In this document: positions 12,331-25,710 of the stretch, piece by piece
How the letters are laid out: each line of letters begins with the position of its first letter
Numbering within the stretch: the stretch's first letter is position 1
NCBI GenBank assembly: GCA_964016885.1
Contig: OZ024742.1
Span: 138,880,001 to 138,944,000, forward strand
DNA: 64,000 bases
Reading direction: 5' to 3'
Origin: Eledone cirrhosa
Lineage: Eukaryota
The notes under the pieces: model-generated
Databases searched by the model: none
What the model was told of the DNA's origin: nothing
What the model saw: the letters and a program-made list of their open reading frames with translations, nothing else
Translations under genes and position numbers: made by a program

Positions 12331-12929
12331 AGATTAGACTTTAAGTTAGCCTTTGGTAGCTTTTTTATGTGGAACTTTTTTAAAGATGTTATGTTTTATT
12401 TTTCTAAATGAATCATTTTGCGAGTTGGAATATAGCCATGCCACCATTTCTATCTATGTAAAATCAGAGACAGCAGCCCGCTTGAGGAAGGTACTCCGTG
12501 AGTTGGGATGGCTTTGCAATCGGTGTCTCTGGTAATTCTCCGTGGTAATAGCTTTGTTAGTTTGTCCGCATGGTGCAGCTGAAACACCCCCTCAGACTGG
12601 GGTGTAGTGCTGCCCCTCACCTTCTCCCTTTTTTAAATGTTTAATTCTTTTTCTTTTTCTTCTTTTCATTTCCTTTTTTGTTCTCTTTATAGCGTGTTTT
12701 GTTTTTGTATAAACAGTTTTGTGAAATAGTACAGAGCTTATATAAGACACACAAGCCAACAAGATCTTATATTCTTGCTTAGTGTAACGACTTTAAGTTG
12801 ACATTGAATAAACATATCAGCACTGTTAACCCATGCAGAATATTGATAAAAGATCAGAAATTTTCTAGCGTGCATCATCTATATTGTTTCATATCTGAAC
12901 GAATTTGTGGGCGCTGAGGAGTAAAGATA

Positions 12930-13205
12930 AAAGTCTAAACTCTGTCTTGAGCGCCAGTGCTTATCTCGGTTTCCGTGGCGTTAAGTGACTGAGAGTACAA
13001 GACTCGCTCCTAGACAGGACGCCAGTCCACCGCAGGTTTAAGCCCACTGCTATTTCTTGTATTTATTTTCAACTGAGTATATTGAAGCAACGTAAAATGA
13101 AAATGAAGTGTTTTCTTCAGGAACACAACCGAGTCTAGGAATCGAACCCTTGACGTTTTTATCGTAAATACAATACTCTCACCACTAGGTCAAGCGCCTC
13201 CACGA
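12930..13205 (-). mobile_element. Second-family SINE, inverted relative to the 12053 copy
   Basis: Reverse-complement similarity to 12053-12330 (ggaatcgaacc, caccactagg). Confidence 0.65.
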
Positions 13206-13564
13206 TGAGTAGCAATAGAAGAATAGAATACAACAATATTGAATTGAGTAAATTTCGGAGTCGTTTTTATTAAACCAGTTAATGAGACAACGGCTGTTAT
13301 TCTACTGTTGGTCATTCGATGACCTCCAAGTATTGCAGTTAAATTTGTAAAAGTATTCTCACGGATTAAACTCACCAGTATTCACATAATAATGCAAAAT
13401 GCTTTTGGTTTTACTAGTAAGGGACATGGATAGCGAGATTTCAGGCTCTTCAAGACCAAAGCTGGATTACTGCTCTTCTGTGTCAGCTGCACGCAAAGCT
13501 AGCGTCTGTTACGCGGCAGAGGACGTTGGAAGTAAAGATCATCTCTTATTATCTATGGGGAAAA

Positions 13565-14005
13565 TATGGCAGTAGAGCGTTGAAAAACAGGCTTTGCGAC
13601 AGAGAGTTACAGCGCTTTATGTCCTTAGTTTAAATCCCGCTGAGGTTAACGGTGCCTTTCATCCGTGCGGGGTCGATAAAATAATGTACCAGTAACGCAC
13701 TGTATTCAATTTAATCGACTTTTCCTTTCACCAAAATTGTTCCCCTTGTGCCTAAATCAGAAACCATTATTTATGGAAATAAAAGGGAAATAGCTGGTAG
13801 AATTGGTAGAGCATCGGACAATATGCTTGTGGCATAGAGTAACGGCCCTTTACCTTCTGATTTCAAATCCCACCGAGGTTAGCTTTGCCTTTAATCTGTA
13901 TGGGGTCGATAAAATAAAGTACCAGCAGCACACTGGACTCTATTTAATCGTGGTTCTCTTTCCATTCAAATTCCTGACTCTGAGTCAAAATTAGAAACAA
14001 TTATT
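13565..14005 (+). mobile_element. Two tandem, diverged major-family SINEs
   Basis: Two copies of the aaatccc..gaggtt..gccttt..ggggtcgataaaata..gtaccag core. Confidence 0.8.
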
Positions 14006-14091
14006 TCTGGAAAAACCATTAATAAAAAAGCACTTTAAAGTTACAGAGTAATTGATGAAATTTAACTTTCAATAGAAAGTCGATCCCTGTT

Positions 14092-15058
14092 AGAGTGGAA
14101 CACATAATATGAATGTGTGTTTAGAGTGGAACACATAACATGAATGTGCGTTCAGAGTGGAACACATAACATGAATGTGTGTTCAGAGTCGAACACATAA
14201 CATGAATGTGTGTTTAGAGTGGAACACATAACATGAATGTGTGTTCAGAGTCGAACACATAACATGAATGTGTGTTTAGAGTGGAACACATAACATGAAT
14301 GTGTGTTCAGAGCGGAACACATAACATGAATGTGCGTTCAGAGCGGAACACATAACATGAATGTGTGTTCAGAGTAGAACACATAACATGAATGTGTGTT
14401 CAGAGTAGAACACATAACATGAATGTGCGTTCAGAGTGGAACACATAACATGAATGTGCGTTCAGAGTGGAACACATAACATGAATGTGTGTTCAGAGTA
14501 GAACACATAACATGAATGTGTGTTCAGAGTAGAACACATAACATGAATGTGTGTTCAGAGTGGAACACATAACATGAATGTGTGTTCAGAGTGGAACACA
14601 TAACATGAATGTGTGTTCAGAGTAGAACACATAACATGAATGTGTGTTCAGAGTGGAACACATAACATGAATGTGCGTTCAGAGTGGAACACATAACATG
14701 AATGTGTGTTCAGAGTGGAACACATAACATGAATGTGTGTTCAGAGTCGAACACATAACATGAATGTGTGTTCAGAGTGGAACACATAACATGAATGTGT
14801 GTTCAGAGTAGAACACATAACATGAATGTGTGTTCAGAGTGGAACACATAACATGAATGTGCGTTCAGAGTGGAACACATAACATGAATGTGTGTTCAGA
14901 GTGGAACACATAACATGAATGTGTGTTCAGAGTCGAACACATAACATGAATGTGCGTTCAGAGTCGAACACATAACATGAATGTGTGTTCAGAGTGGAAC
15001 ACATAACATGAATGTGTGTTCAGAGTCGAACACATAACATGAATGTGTGTTCAGAGTC
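14092..15058. repeat. 31-bp minisatellite (~31 units) with internal hairpin
   Basis: Unit agagtggaacacataacatgaatgtgtgttc, with GAACACA/TGTGTTC inverted within each unit. Confidence 0.95.
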
Positions 15059-15499
15059 AATGAAGAAAAAGTTTTAGGAAAAAAATTCAAAGTTGTCCAG
15101 TAGGATGATTGAAAGGACGACGTTCTGGTTAATAGCACAACACGTTGATCTACTGAGATAACTAGGTCTTCAATTGTTTTATTTGAGAATTCAAGGCATA
15201 GATAAAACAGAGACGGGGATTAACATTTAGAAATACATAATAGATATGTTGTGTGGCAAATTGAGTTTTTAGAACGTCAGTTAGAATGTTTCTTTGAGTT
15301 CAAATCCCACTGAGGTCGAATTTGCCTTTCATATTCTCAATGTCGATAAAAAAGAACCAATTTATGTACTGTGTTCGTTTCTTCATCTATATCTCTTTTT
15401 CTCTCCCGCCTCTCATTTCCTCTCGCCTTCAGTGGAAAAAATCCGATGCTTTCTACCAGATTCAAAACGCCCAAGGGAAAGGAGAAGAGCAATAGACTT

Positions 15500-15920
15500 A
15501 ACACTCCAGTATATGCAGTATATCTGAATTGTGCCCTGCGAACAAAATATCCAATGAATTGCTGCAGAGAAGATCTTGTGACACCTACTACATCAGTTTC
15601 TTCACCTTGTTGGGTTCCTTCCTCAGGCAGGATATATTCCTCCCAATTCTGTGGTTTCGACGGCAACAGCAAGAAAAGAATGTGGTTGAAAGTCCTGGTA
15701 TATGGATATCTTCCTCTCTTCTGTTTTGCGGACGGCAGTGCACTGACTTAGAGATTTAACCCACCCTAACTGAAAAAGGTTTATCACGTCTGGACGCTTG
15801 CCATCACCACGGTCAATGCAATCACACACCAGTTGTGATAAGAAATCAGCCGCGTTAAGGTTTTCTTGTGATGATGTCATTCAGTGTGGGGTGGCGAGGA
15901 AACCGGGCACGCTGGGAGAC
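15500..15920 (-). mobile_element. Degraded CRE-like non-LTR retrotransposon C-terminus (restriction-like endonuclease)
   Basis: Fragments RFPRHPTLNDII, DRGDGKRPDVI and FLAVAVET match the RHxxxN / RPD / ET pattern of RLE domains. Confidence 0.55.
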
Positions 15921-16168
15921 TCCACCATATGCAAAAGGTAAACGGAAACAACACAGGACAATGAAGAAATATATTAGTTTTACATTTGATATAGTAGGAA
16001 GAGGCTTTACGTTTCGGGCTAGTCTTTCATTCAAAAAATTCAAACAACAAAAATTCCCCAAGAAGGAGGAAACCTCCGAGGGTCACTCGTGGTGAAAACC
16101 ACACAAAAGACCACGGCCACCCTGACCACCAGGGCAAGCGCCCTCTCTCACTTTTCCCACTCCTCAGT

Positions 16169-19100
16169 CTACAGGCGTATACTTAGAGCAGGCCCGTTCA
16201 CTCGGACCAGACTCACCACTTTCACCCACCTTTCAACAAACTTACTAGAAGACAGCACTTGCCTCTCCACCCTGATTTTCCTCTTCAAGTGAAACTTGAA
16301 AAAGTTAATCAGGGATTGGCCGAAGATGAAAGTGTCCGTCTTCACCCTTTCAGCATTGTCCACCACACAATCTCTTTCTCTATGGCCACTAGACAGGTGA
16401 AAACTGCCTGCCATTCCTCCTCTTTAAAGGAGGATGGCGGGGCTATCTTCACAATGGACTCAGTCGATAACCGGATCCGTCCTACACGCGACAGCAGCTG
16501 TTCGACATAGCTCCACAAGTCAGCAATCCTAGGGTACTGAACGAGTGCGTGCAGGACGGTGGCGTCGCCCTGCGCGCATCTCGGACAGTCTCGGCTGACA
16601 TCACCTCCGTGCCTGTAGAGCTAATCCCGAACAGGCAACGCTCCTGGTAGCACTGCCAGGCCAGGGATTTCTGGAAGTTGTCCATAGGCCCCGGTCTGAA
16701 AGTTCTCTTGAAGAGAGCGAACAGCTGATCTTCTTCGACACCCAGGGTCTCCCCGAGAACGTCGTCGCTCTTTCCCTCCACTAGCCCTCTATACGCCGAG
16801 GTGGATGTTCCACCGTTACTAGTTCCCAGCTGGTAGAGGGCGATGAGCGCTTGGAGACATTCCAGCTTCCAAGCGCTATCCCTCGGTCTTTTCCTGATCC
16901 AGGACTGCAGCTCCGTCAAGGAGACGAGCTGGGGAAAATCGCGTCTGGCAAACGGCGACCACACCTGTTCACCGTCAAGGAAGCAGCCGAGATGTCGCAG
17001 CCTCAGCGCATGTTTGCGCATCATCAGCCACGGCATGCCTAGTCCTCTACGCAACGGGTGTTGACAGCAAATGGATCGTCTGACCATGGGAGCACGTCCC
17101 TTCCACAAAAAGCGGAAGAGAAGGCGCTCCATTTTAGTCAGAGTTGGGCGGGGGCATGGTTCGACGGTCAGGCGGTAGCAGATGACTGACGTTATGTACG
17201 CATTCGCCACCTCCACCCGACCTTTCAGAGACAGCCTCCTCTCGGCCCATTTCTGAATGAGAGAAGCCACCCTGCTCGTCACCTCGCTCCAGTTTTTCTC
17301 CATCTGGAGGTCCGGACCGAACCAGACTCCGAGCAATTTAACCGGTCCTTCCATCCAGCGCCCCACGACGCTCGGACGGCATGGACTTGCCTCTCCAGGT
17401 GCCGAGTTGCAAGCCCACCGACTTTTCCTGGTTTATATTTGCTCCTGTCACCGCTTCGTATACCTTGAGAGCGGTGCCGAGAATCTGGACGTGTTTGATA
17501 CTCGACACCATCACGGTGACGTCGTCGGCGTAAGCTGACACGGATCTCCCGCATCCCAGTTCGCGTGGGACCCCCCTCATCGTCTCCAATTTGTGCAGTA
17601 ACGAATCGAGGGCCAGTACGTACAAGAGGGACGAGAGGGGGAAACCCTGGCGGACCGAGCGCATGATGCTGAAAGGCTGCGACAGGTGACCATTCACCCT
17701 CACAATCGATCCAGCCCCTCAAAACGGGCCCGAAGCCGGCCCCCTCGAGGACCGCAACCAGATACCGATGGTAGACCATATCAAATGCTTTAGATTGATC
17801 CAAGTTGATCAGGGCCCCACCCGTGCCAGGTTCCTTAACCACCCTCTCTATGATGTATCGCATGAGATGGAGGTTGTCGTGGATGGATCTGTCCGGGATG
17901 GCGCATGTCTGCGCCTCTCCCACCAGATCACCGACGACAAGCGCCAATCTCTTTGCTAACACCTTGGCCAAAATCTTAAACTCTGCACTTAGCAGAGTTA
18001 TGGGCCTGATGTTGTTTATAACGTCCCCCTTGTTCGGGTCTTTTCTCAGCAGCGCCACCGCTCCCCGGCTCACAAAACTAGGAATGCTCCCGTTCTGTTG
18101 CCAGTTGCAGTAGACATCTGCCAAGAGGTCGCCGAACAAGTCTGGCATATACGCATAAGGTTCGTAGGGCAGACCATCCAAACCGGGCAATTTACCCCTC
18201 GTGCAGTCAGACATCGCTTCCCGTATTTCACCTGCTATTATCGGCTTTTCGCCTCACTGCGCTGCGGTCGTCGAGAGCCGCGGCAGTCCGTCGAGATATG
18301 CACCGACTTCCATACTCCGAACCGGCCCGCCACCGCTCCCGAACAGTTCAGCAAAGTGCTGTTGAAAAGCCGTACACATCTGCTCGGGTTCGAGCATCAT
18401 GCGCCCGTTTTGATCAGGCAAAGACCGAATTGTGGACTTGTTGCCACGTCACGCCTCAACCACCCAGGCCCATTGAATGGCTTTCGTCCCCTCGTGTCTT
18501 AGAGCACGCGGTCTAGCTCTGACAACGCAGCCTTCATGCTTTGCGTTGAAGAATTGGTCTAGTGCAAATCTCGCCGCAAGCACGTCGGTTGCGATGCCTG
18601 TCCTAAACGCCTCTTCTACCTTTCTAACTAACTCTCCCTCTACTCTATTTTCCTCTATCACTACTCCTTTGCTAAACCTTATCGATTCTACTTTAATAGC
18701 CCTTTTCAGGGTAAACCACCACCTGTTGTTGACGATCGCAACCGTCAACGCACGCTTAACTAATTCGCTAATCCGGTATCTGTAAGCTTTGCGCGCCGGG
18801 AACGACGCGTTCAGCTTCCAGTAGCCGGGCCCTTGCCTATGGAGTCTATCTAAGTCAACTTCACAGATCACAAATTTGTGCTCCGTGTAGTCGACTACTT
18901 TAAATTGTGGACAACCTACACTAGCCTTATCTGTTTCCCTACAGAATACCCTATCTAAATACGATCTGGATGACCCGATGCGTTTTGTCCATGTCCACAT
19001 TGGCACATTCGGATAATCCAATCTATAGCTATCAGACACTTCAAAACGTCTGTGCAGGTTGTTGAGGCTTTTACACCCTCCTGCACTGTCTACTAGCCCC

Positions 19101-19556
19101 ACATAATCCCAGCGTGCATCTAAGATACCGTTCCAGTCACCCACTAACTCTAAAGAGCGGGACGTTCCAAGAAAGGTCTCTAGTCGTCTGAAGAAATCTG
19201 GCCGTCCTGCTCCTGTTGGGGCGTAGACGGCTACTAGCCTGAAAGCATTGCCTTCGCTGCCGGTCACGTCCAGCACCACCGACTTTCCTTCCGGGTCCAG
19301 GAAGATGGCCCGTATGGCGAGATCCAAGCCTCTCCGAAAAAGCACGGCAACGCTTCCCCCCGATCCTGGACGGCTGGGAGATGCGTATACATCGTAGCCG
19401 CCGAAGATCGGTGCGAAGGCTCGTGCTTCGGAGATTCTGGTCTCGCTGATGGCCACCACATCTGTTTAGTGACCTGAGGTTGTTGAGCAGGTGACCCTGC
19501 TTCCAAGATGACCCCAGGCCACGTACATTTATACTGCCTATTCTAAGTACGGCCAT
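16169..19556 (-). pseudogene. Tx1 ORF2 (APE+RT), frameshifted
   Basis: MAVLRIGSINVRGL, VGDWN, SYLDR, PGYWKLN, LDQSKAFD, VRQGFPLS and SAYADD. Confidence 0.92.
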
Positions 19557-19584
19557 GTTGGATGAGAAACGGGGTGAAAAAGGA

Positions 19585-21581
19585 TTACTTACCTTGATCG
19601 TGTGGTGAAGGGACAGTAGATCCGTCCCTTTGGCTGGTCATGGGTGTTTCCAAGAGGATGTCGGTATATATCCTCTTGGTAACCGATCCTCTGAACTCTC
19701 CAAATACGTTGGGGAATTTTTCTTTTAACAGTTTGTAATGTTCTATTTTGATTTCAATTATGTTTATGTTTTTCGGGGGAGTTCTTGGTGTTGGTGGGTG
19801 TAGCAGTTTTTTTCTGTGATGTCTGTGTGCGGCTTTATATGTTGTAAGAGTTCTTTATTTGCGATGTTTATGGCTGTGTACTTTTGGGGGGAAGGGGGAA
19901 TGTTGTTGCTGTTGGGTGTGTGTGTTTTGTTGTGTTTGCCATGTTGATGTTTTTGGTGATGCTGGTGGTGGTGTGGTTGTTGTTGGTGGTAATGCTTGTG
20001 GTGGTGATGGTGATGGTGGTGGTGTTGCTGCAAATCTCCTTGCAGCCTTTACTCCTCTTTGTTTGCCTTTGCTTTTGGAGGGTGAAGCTAAGGGGTTTTT
20101 ACTTTTTTGTTTTTTTGTGGCAGACCGTTTGCCACTTCCCTCCCGCCTCATACTCCATGTCGGATTCCGTACCGTCTAGGAGGGGTATGAGCTCCACTGC
20201 TGCTGATGGTGGTAGTGGAGCCCGCTCCAGCGATTTTAACGCCTGTGAAGCTATTGAGACTGTTGGTGATGCCGCCACTGCTGCTGCTGTTTTAGTTGTC
20301 CGTGGCCTTGGTATGGGTGCCACGGACGTTGCCCTCCTACTCACCATGGAAAGGTCTTCTGCTTCTGTTGTCTGCCCTGCTCTTGTTAGCAGCGTATCAG
20401 GCGTCGGAAGGAGGGGGGCTCTCTTCTTGGCTGTCTTCTGTGGGAAGAAAGCCCTGAGGTGACCATTTTGCTCACAGAGATAGCACTTTGGGCGCCTTCC
20501 TTCCCCGCTTATAGGGAGTTAGAGACCTTCCTCGAGGTCTATGATATATGGGATGGCCTCGATGCACTCCTGGTCAGTTTGTATTAGCATTTGCATGCCT
20601 ATACCTGACCAGTTCTCTCTTCCCATTCTCTGTATTTGCAGTACGGTGGTCCTGTCCCCGATTCCAGCAAGTACAGACGCGGCCAGCCAATGTATGGGCA
20701 CGTCGGGCGGGATCTGGGTCACTTTGACCCTCACAATTGTCTGCCCACAGTAGGAGGGTACCAAGACTATCTCCTCGCTCTTTAGGGTTTCCAAAGGGTG
20801 AGACTTCGCCTCTTGGGGGTTGGCAAAAAGTACGTCTACTGTGGCGTACTTTTTGCCTCGGGTGATGTGGGTTTTGCGCGCCCAGACGCACCCTAAGGCT
20901 TTTGGGATTTGAGCCTCCATGGCGCTCTCCACCCGATGTGACATTTTGCTTACGGTGCGGTATGTCCCCGTGCGCAACTACTGGTGTTTGAAGAAATCGG
21001 GTGGAGGTTTCAGGGAAACTCTATTTTCATTCCTTGACACCATGGCTCTTGCGACTGCCATCTCCTCCTCGTTGACTAGCACTGTCTCTATATTACGGGC
21101 CACACCTGCGAAAGAAGTGGCCCCTTTTTCAGCCGCATCATTATTGCTGCCGCTACTGCTGCTACTGGTCTTGTTGTTGGTGCTGTTGCTACTGTTACAA
21201 ACGGTGTTGTTGGTGTTGTTGCTATTATCACTGTTGTAGTCGGTTGTGTTTTTGGTGCCCCCGTTGTTGTTGTTTTCGGTGCAACTTGTATTGTTGCTGT
21301 TGGTGTTGTCGTTGTTTATTTTCTTGTTAGTGCTGTTAATATCGTTGTTGTATTTGTTGTCATTTTTTTCTGTTGTCTGTAATTTGGTTGACGCTGTTAT
21401 TGTTGTAGTTGGTGTGGTAATTTTTTTAAAATTAGTGTTCTCAGTGTTGTTGTCTCACGTTGTTTGTAGTGGTGTTTGTTGTATGAATTTCACTAACCCT
21501 CCTCTCAACTTTTACGCCGTTGTCACACGACAGCAGACATATTGCTGGGGTGGGGTTGGGGGTGGGGCGTGACTCAGCCAT
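19585..21581 (-). pseudogene. Tx1 ORF1, frameshifted
   Basis: Starts ATG GCT GAG TCA CGC CCC. Contains a CYLCEQNGHLRAF knuckle-like motif at ~20440-20490. Confidence 0.75.
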
Positions 21582-21829
21582 TTCTTTTTGTTTTTTTAAT
21601 TTTCAAAAGTATAATGTTCAAATATTGTTCAAATATTTGGGCCAAAGGGCCCAAATATTATACTTTCCCCTTCACTTATATCCCTTACACAACAAGAACA
21701 ATTTAACAACAAATAATTATAACAGGTAAATAAAGCGACTTACTGAGAGCGAGCAAAAAATACGTCCGAACAGACCAATAATAATAATAATAAATATATA
21801 TAATATATATGTAGGTATGTATGTACGGT

Positions 21830-23830
21830 TTATAGAGAGCAACTCTGAAATATATGATTTACTTCGGGACAAACACAATCTTTGTCAAAAACTTCTCTCT
21901 CAATCAATCAGTCCTAATTGTGATATATCTCTTATAAGCAACTAACAAGAAAAGTACAAAATGCTCTGGGAAGTATTAAGCATCAGTGGTAGCACAACAA
22001 AGTCAAACAAACACAAAAAGCAATAGATCGCAAGGACACAAATGCATTTTTCTCCTTCATTAAAGAAGTCTATGGTCCACAATCCTCCTCAGTAGCACCT
22101 GTAAGAACTGCAGATGATCACTGGGTAGAACACTTCTCTGAACTTCTTAACAGGCCCTCTAATGTTAGCATAAACTTTATTGAATCAATGAAAAGCTACC
22201 CAATTGTAAATGAAATGGCATCAGATCCAAATAGAAATGACATTGCTTCTGCTGTACAGAAATTAAACAACTATAAATCTCCTGGCCTGGATGGTATTAA
22301 TCCTGAGGTTCTCAAGCATAGAGGTGAGAAAATGGTGGAACATTTATACATTGTAATACTTCATTGTTGGAGGAAGGAGCAAGCACCACAAGACAAGATT
22401 GATGCTATACTGGTCACCCTTTTCAAATCTGGTGCCAAAGACCAATGCGGTAATGTTAGGGGCATTTTCCTATTGTCTGTTGTCGGATCATTTTGAAACA
22501 GCTTAATAAGTTCATGGTGCCAAGAGTTATATCAGAGTCAGAATGTGGTTTTCGTGCAAAAAGTGGCACTAATGATATGATTTTCACAGTCAGATAACTG
22601 CAAGAAAAATGTATTGAACATAACCTTGTTTTGTTGATCTCAGTAAGGCGTTCCATATCGTTAATAGGAATGCGCTGTGGTTGGTTCTGTCGAAATTTGG
22701 ATACCCTCAAAGGTTTGTAAATTTATTGAAAGTTCTCCACAAAGACATGAAAGCCAGAGTTAACTTTGGAAGAACACTCTCTGAGCCTTTTGCAGCGGAA
22801 AATGGTGTGAAACAGTGAGACCTTGATGCTCCTGCTCTCTTTGCGATATATTTTGCTGGCATGCTCTCTCACGCTTTCCAAAACAATGAAGGGGTACATG
22901 TAAGATATCGTACAACAGGAAATGTCTTCAATTTAGCACGAATGAAATTTAACACTAAAGTGTTCGCTTCACTAATAAGAGATCTTCTGTATGCTGATGA
23001 CTGTGACCTTGTCAGTCATACTGAGCATGGTTTGCACTGTTGATCTCTGCATTTGTTTCGGCATGTGATATATTTGGTTTGACCCTAAAATTAAAGAAAA
23101 CGGTAGTTTTATGTCAACCTGCCCCTGGTCAAGTTGTGCACCAACCGAAAATATATGTGAGGGGTAAACTTCTTAAGGTTGTTGAATCGTTCATATATCC
23201 TGGAAGCACAATCAGTAAAGATGGAACATTGGATCCAGAAGTACCTCTAAGGATTCAAAAGGCAGCAAAATCTTTTGGTAATTTAGAGTTTCGGGTTTGG
23301 CCACAAAGACATATCTAGATCGAAACAAAAATTTCTGTTTATAGAGCTTTTGTGTTATCCTTCCTTCTGTACTCATCTGAAATTTGGATATATTACAGAT
23401 ATCACATCAGATTCCTGGAGCGATTCCACCAAAAATGCTTACGTCATATTCTAAAAATAAAATTGAATACATTCACTCCTGACTCTGATGCTTTAGCTAC
23501 ATCTGGTATTTGTTCCATCAAAGCAATAATTCTGAAAAACCAACTGCGGTGGTCTGGACATATTGTCCGTATGGCTACCGAACGTATCCTCAAGCAACTA
23601 TTTTATGGGGGGAACTTGCTCAGGGAAAACGGAAACGGAGCAAGCAAAAGAAGAGGTTCAAGGATGCATTGAAGGAGAACTTGAAGAATGTAGGAATCAA
23701 TCCAAAAATCTGGAAAGACTTGCAGTGGATCGCTCTACCTGGCTCTCGAAAATATGGGACGGTGTGAAAACGTTTGAGCAAAATAGATTAATGCAAAAAA
23801 ATATTAAAAGGAATATAAGGGGAAAATAAC
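21830..23830 (+). mobile_element. RTE-clade (BovB-like) LINE remnant
   Basis: KSPGLDGINPE, LIRDLLYADDC, FGLTLKLKKTVVL, LERFHQKCLRHIL and QLRWSGHIVRM, with stops and frameshifts. Confidence 0.88.
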
Positions 23831-23950
23831 CAGTAAGTGAATACGAAATTAATGGGACTTTTTCTACTTGTCAGAGAGCTCATCCAGCATATTTATTTGC
23901 TTGTGGCCTAACGGAGATGTGAAAACACTTATATATATAATATATATATA

Positions 23951-23984
<34 letters not shown>

Positions 23985-24245
23985 CAATACCACCTTGCTA
24001 AACTAACGGCATAACAGTTAGTTATTTTATTCTATTGTGTTTTTCTGTCTTTCTCGCTAGTGAGAAAAATGGCAGCTGTTATGCTATCAATTGTTAATAA
24101 ATCTTCACTTGACAAAATAGAAAGAAAAACAAGTGGGAGAGTATGTTTAATCTCAAGAACATCGATCACTTTCTGCTGAAACTGAACTTAATAGTGAGTT
24201 ATTTCTTTATTGCTTGTGAAGCCCTTAGAAACATACATGTCCCAG

Positions 24246-24297
<52 letters not shown>

Positions 24298-24369
24298 AGT
24301 GTATGTATGTATATTGTTATACTTTGGGAGGGTCATGCTGCCAATAAAAACACACACACCTGTTGGTCT

Positions 24370-24560
24370 CTGGTTTTCCTCGCGTCCCTCTTTGAACCAT
24401 TTCTGACACTCGAAAACCCGTGAGCGCGACATCGTCTCATATCCGTACACTTGCTGCAGTATTCCGTGTGTTCTGGTGTGTTTCCTCAGTTGGACCAGAA
24501 ACTTCAAGTTGGTTCGTTGCTCTGTGCCCACCATTCGACGGCCTAAATTAGAGGAGCTGT
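24370..24560 (-). mobile_element. Mariner (Mos1-type) transposase N-terminal HTH fragment
   Basis: EQRTNLKFLVQL…LQQVYGYETMSRSRVFECQKWFKEGRE. Confidence 0.75.
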
Positions 24561-24789
24561 TAACAAAGATACGTGAAAAAACAAACAATGGATTCAGAGA
24601 GCTGAGATTGCAGTTATATAATCCCGGTATATAAAGTGTCTTGCTCAAGGATATAACGAATCGAACTCGCAACCTCACGATTGCTAATCGTATTCTCTAA
24701 CCACCAAGCCACGCGCCTTTATAAACACAATAATAGAGGGAAATTTTAATGCACCGCCAGAGGTTCAAATATTGTAGATGATCATTATT

Positions 24790-25172
24790 AGAGTGGATTG
24801 CAGTATCGGTAGAGGGTCGGACGCCATGCTTTGACGCATAGAGTTACGGCCCTTGCCATTCTGAGTTCAAATCCCGCCGAGGTTAACTTTGCCTTTCATC
24901 CTTACGGGGTCGATAAAATAAAGTACCAGTAATCTACTGGGTAACTGTTGTCCTTGTGCCAAAAGTAGAAACAATTATTAGAGTGGCTTGCAGTATCGGT
25001 AGAGGATCGAACGCCATGCTTTACAGCATAGAGTTACCTCCCTTTATGGCCTGAGTTCGAATCCCGCCACGATTAACTTAGCCTTTCATCCTTACGGGGG
25101 TCGATAAAATAAAGTACCAGTAAGGTACTGAGATAATTGATGGCCTTTTGCCAATAGTAGAAACAATTATTA
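24790..25172 (+). mobile_element. Two tandem major-family SINEs
   Basis: Near-identical to 11514-11718. Confidence 0.9.
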
Positions 25173-25519
25173 GAAATATCTCGAAATCAGCTCGCTACCC
25201 CATCCCAGGAAAACAGGAACTAAAAAGAAAATATATACACCTTCAACTTAAGTAACGATCTTGATCCCATTCTTCCAATAAACATACATAAGGCAATAGG
25301 GAAAACTAAAAACCCAAAAGGCCCTGCACCAAACAAAATTATAAATGTACACCCAAAGTGAGCCTACATAATAAAACATAAAAGACAAAAAATAAAGACG
25401 AAAGACAACCAGGACATACCTCGCTACTACCACTAACACTACAACATAATACCTCTATACTACAACCTGTTCAATAAGAACTACAATCTAATACCACTAT
25501 ACCAACACCACTACAACAT

Positions 25520-25710
25520 AATTGTTTCTACGTTTGGCACAAGGCCAGCAATTACCCAGTGCATTACTGGTACTTTATTTTATCGACCCCGTAAGGATGA
25601 AAAGCAAAGTTAACTTCGGCGGGATTTGAACTCAGAATGGCAAGGGCCGTAACTCTATGCGTCAAAGCATGGCGTCCGACCCTCTACCGATACTGCCAAT
25701 CCACCGCCCT
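25520..25710 (-). mobile_element. Major-family SINE inserted in the degenerate edge of the 45-bp array
   Basis: Reverse complement of the SINE, flanked by caacaccactacaac on both sides. Confidence 0.9.

Larger units (their letters stand above)
16040..21776 (-). mobile_element. L1/Tx1-clade LINE copy 2, near full length, disrupted
   Basis: 5' end (ggtctgttcggacgtattt…) is homologous to copy 1 and abuts (ATT)n. ORF1 and ORF2 are homologous to copy 1, and the 3'UTR is truncated. Confidence 0.93.

Noticed and set aside
14092-15058. CRISPR array (palindromic ~31-bp repeats)
   Set aside because: No unique spacers, no cas genes and a eukaryotic context. It is a head-to-tail minisatellite.
15985-16040. 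Minus-strand hammerhead (…gcccGAAACGTA)
   Set aside because: The CUGANGA half is degenerate and helix II is mismatched, so it is at most a dead remnant.
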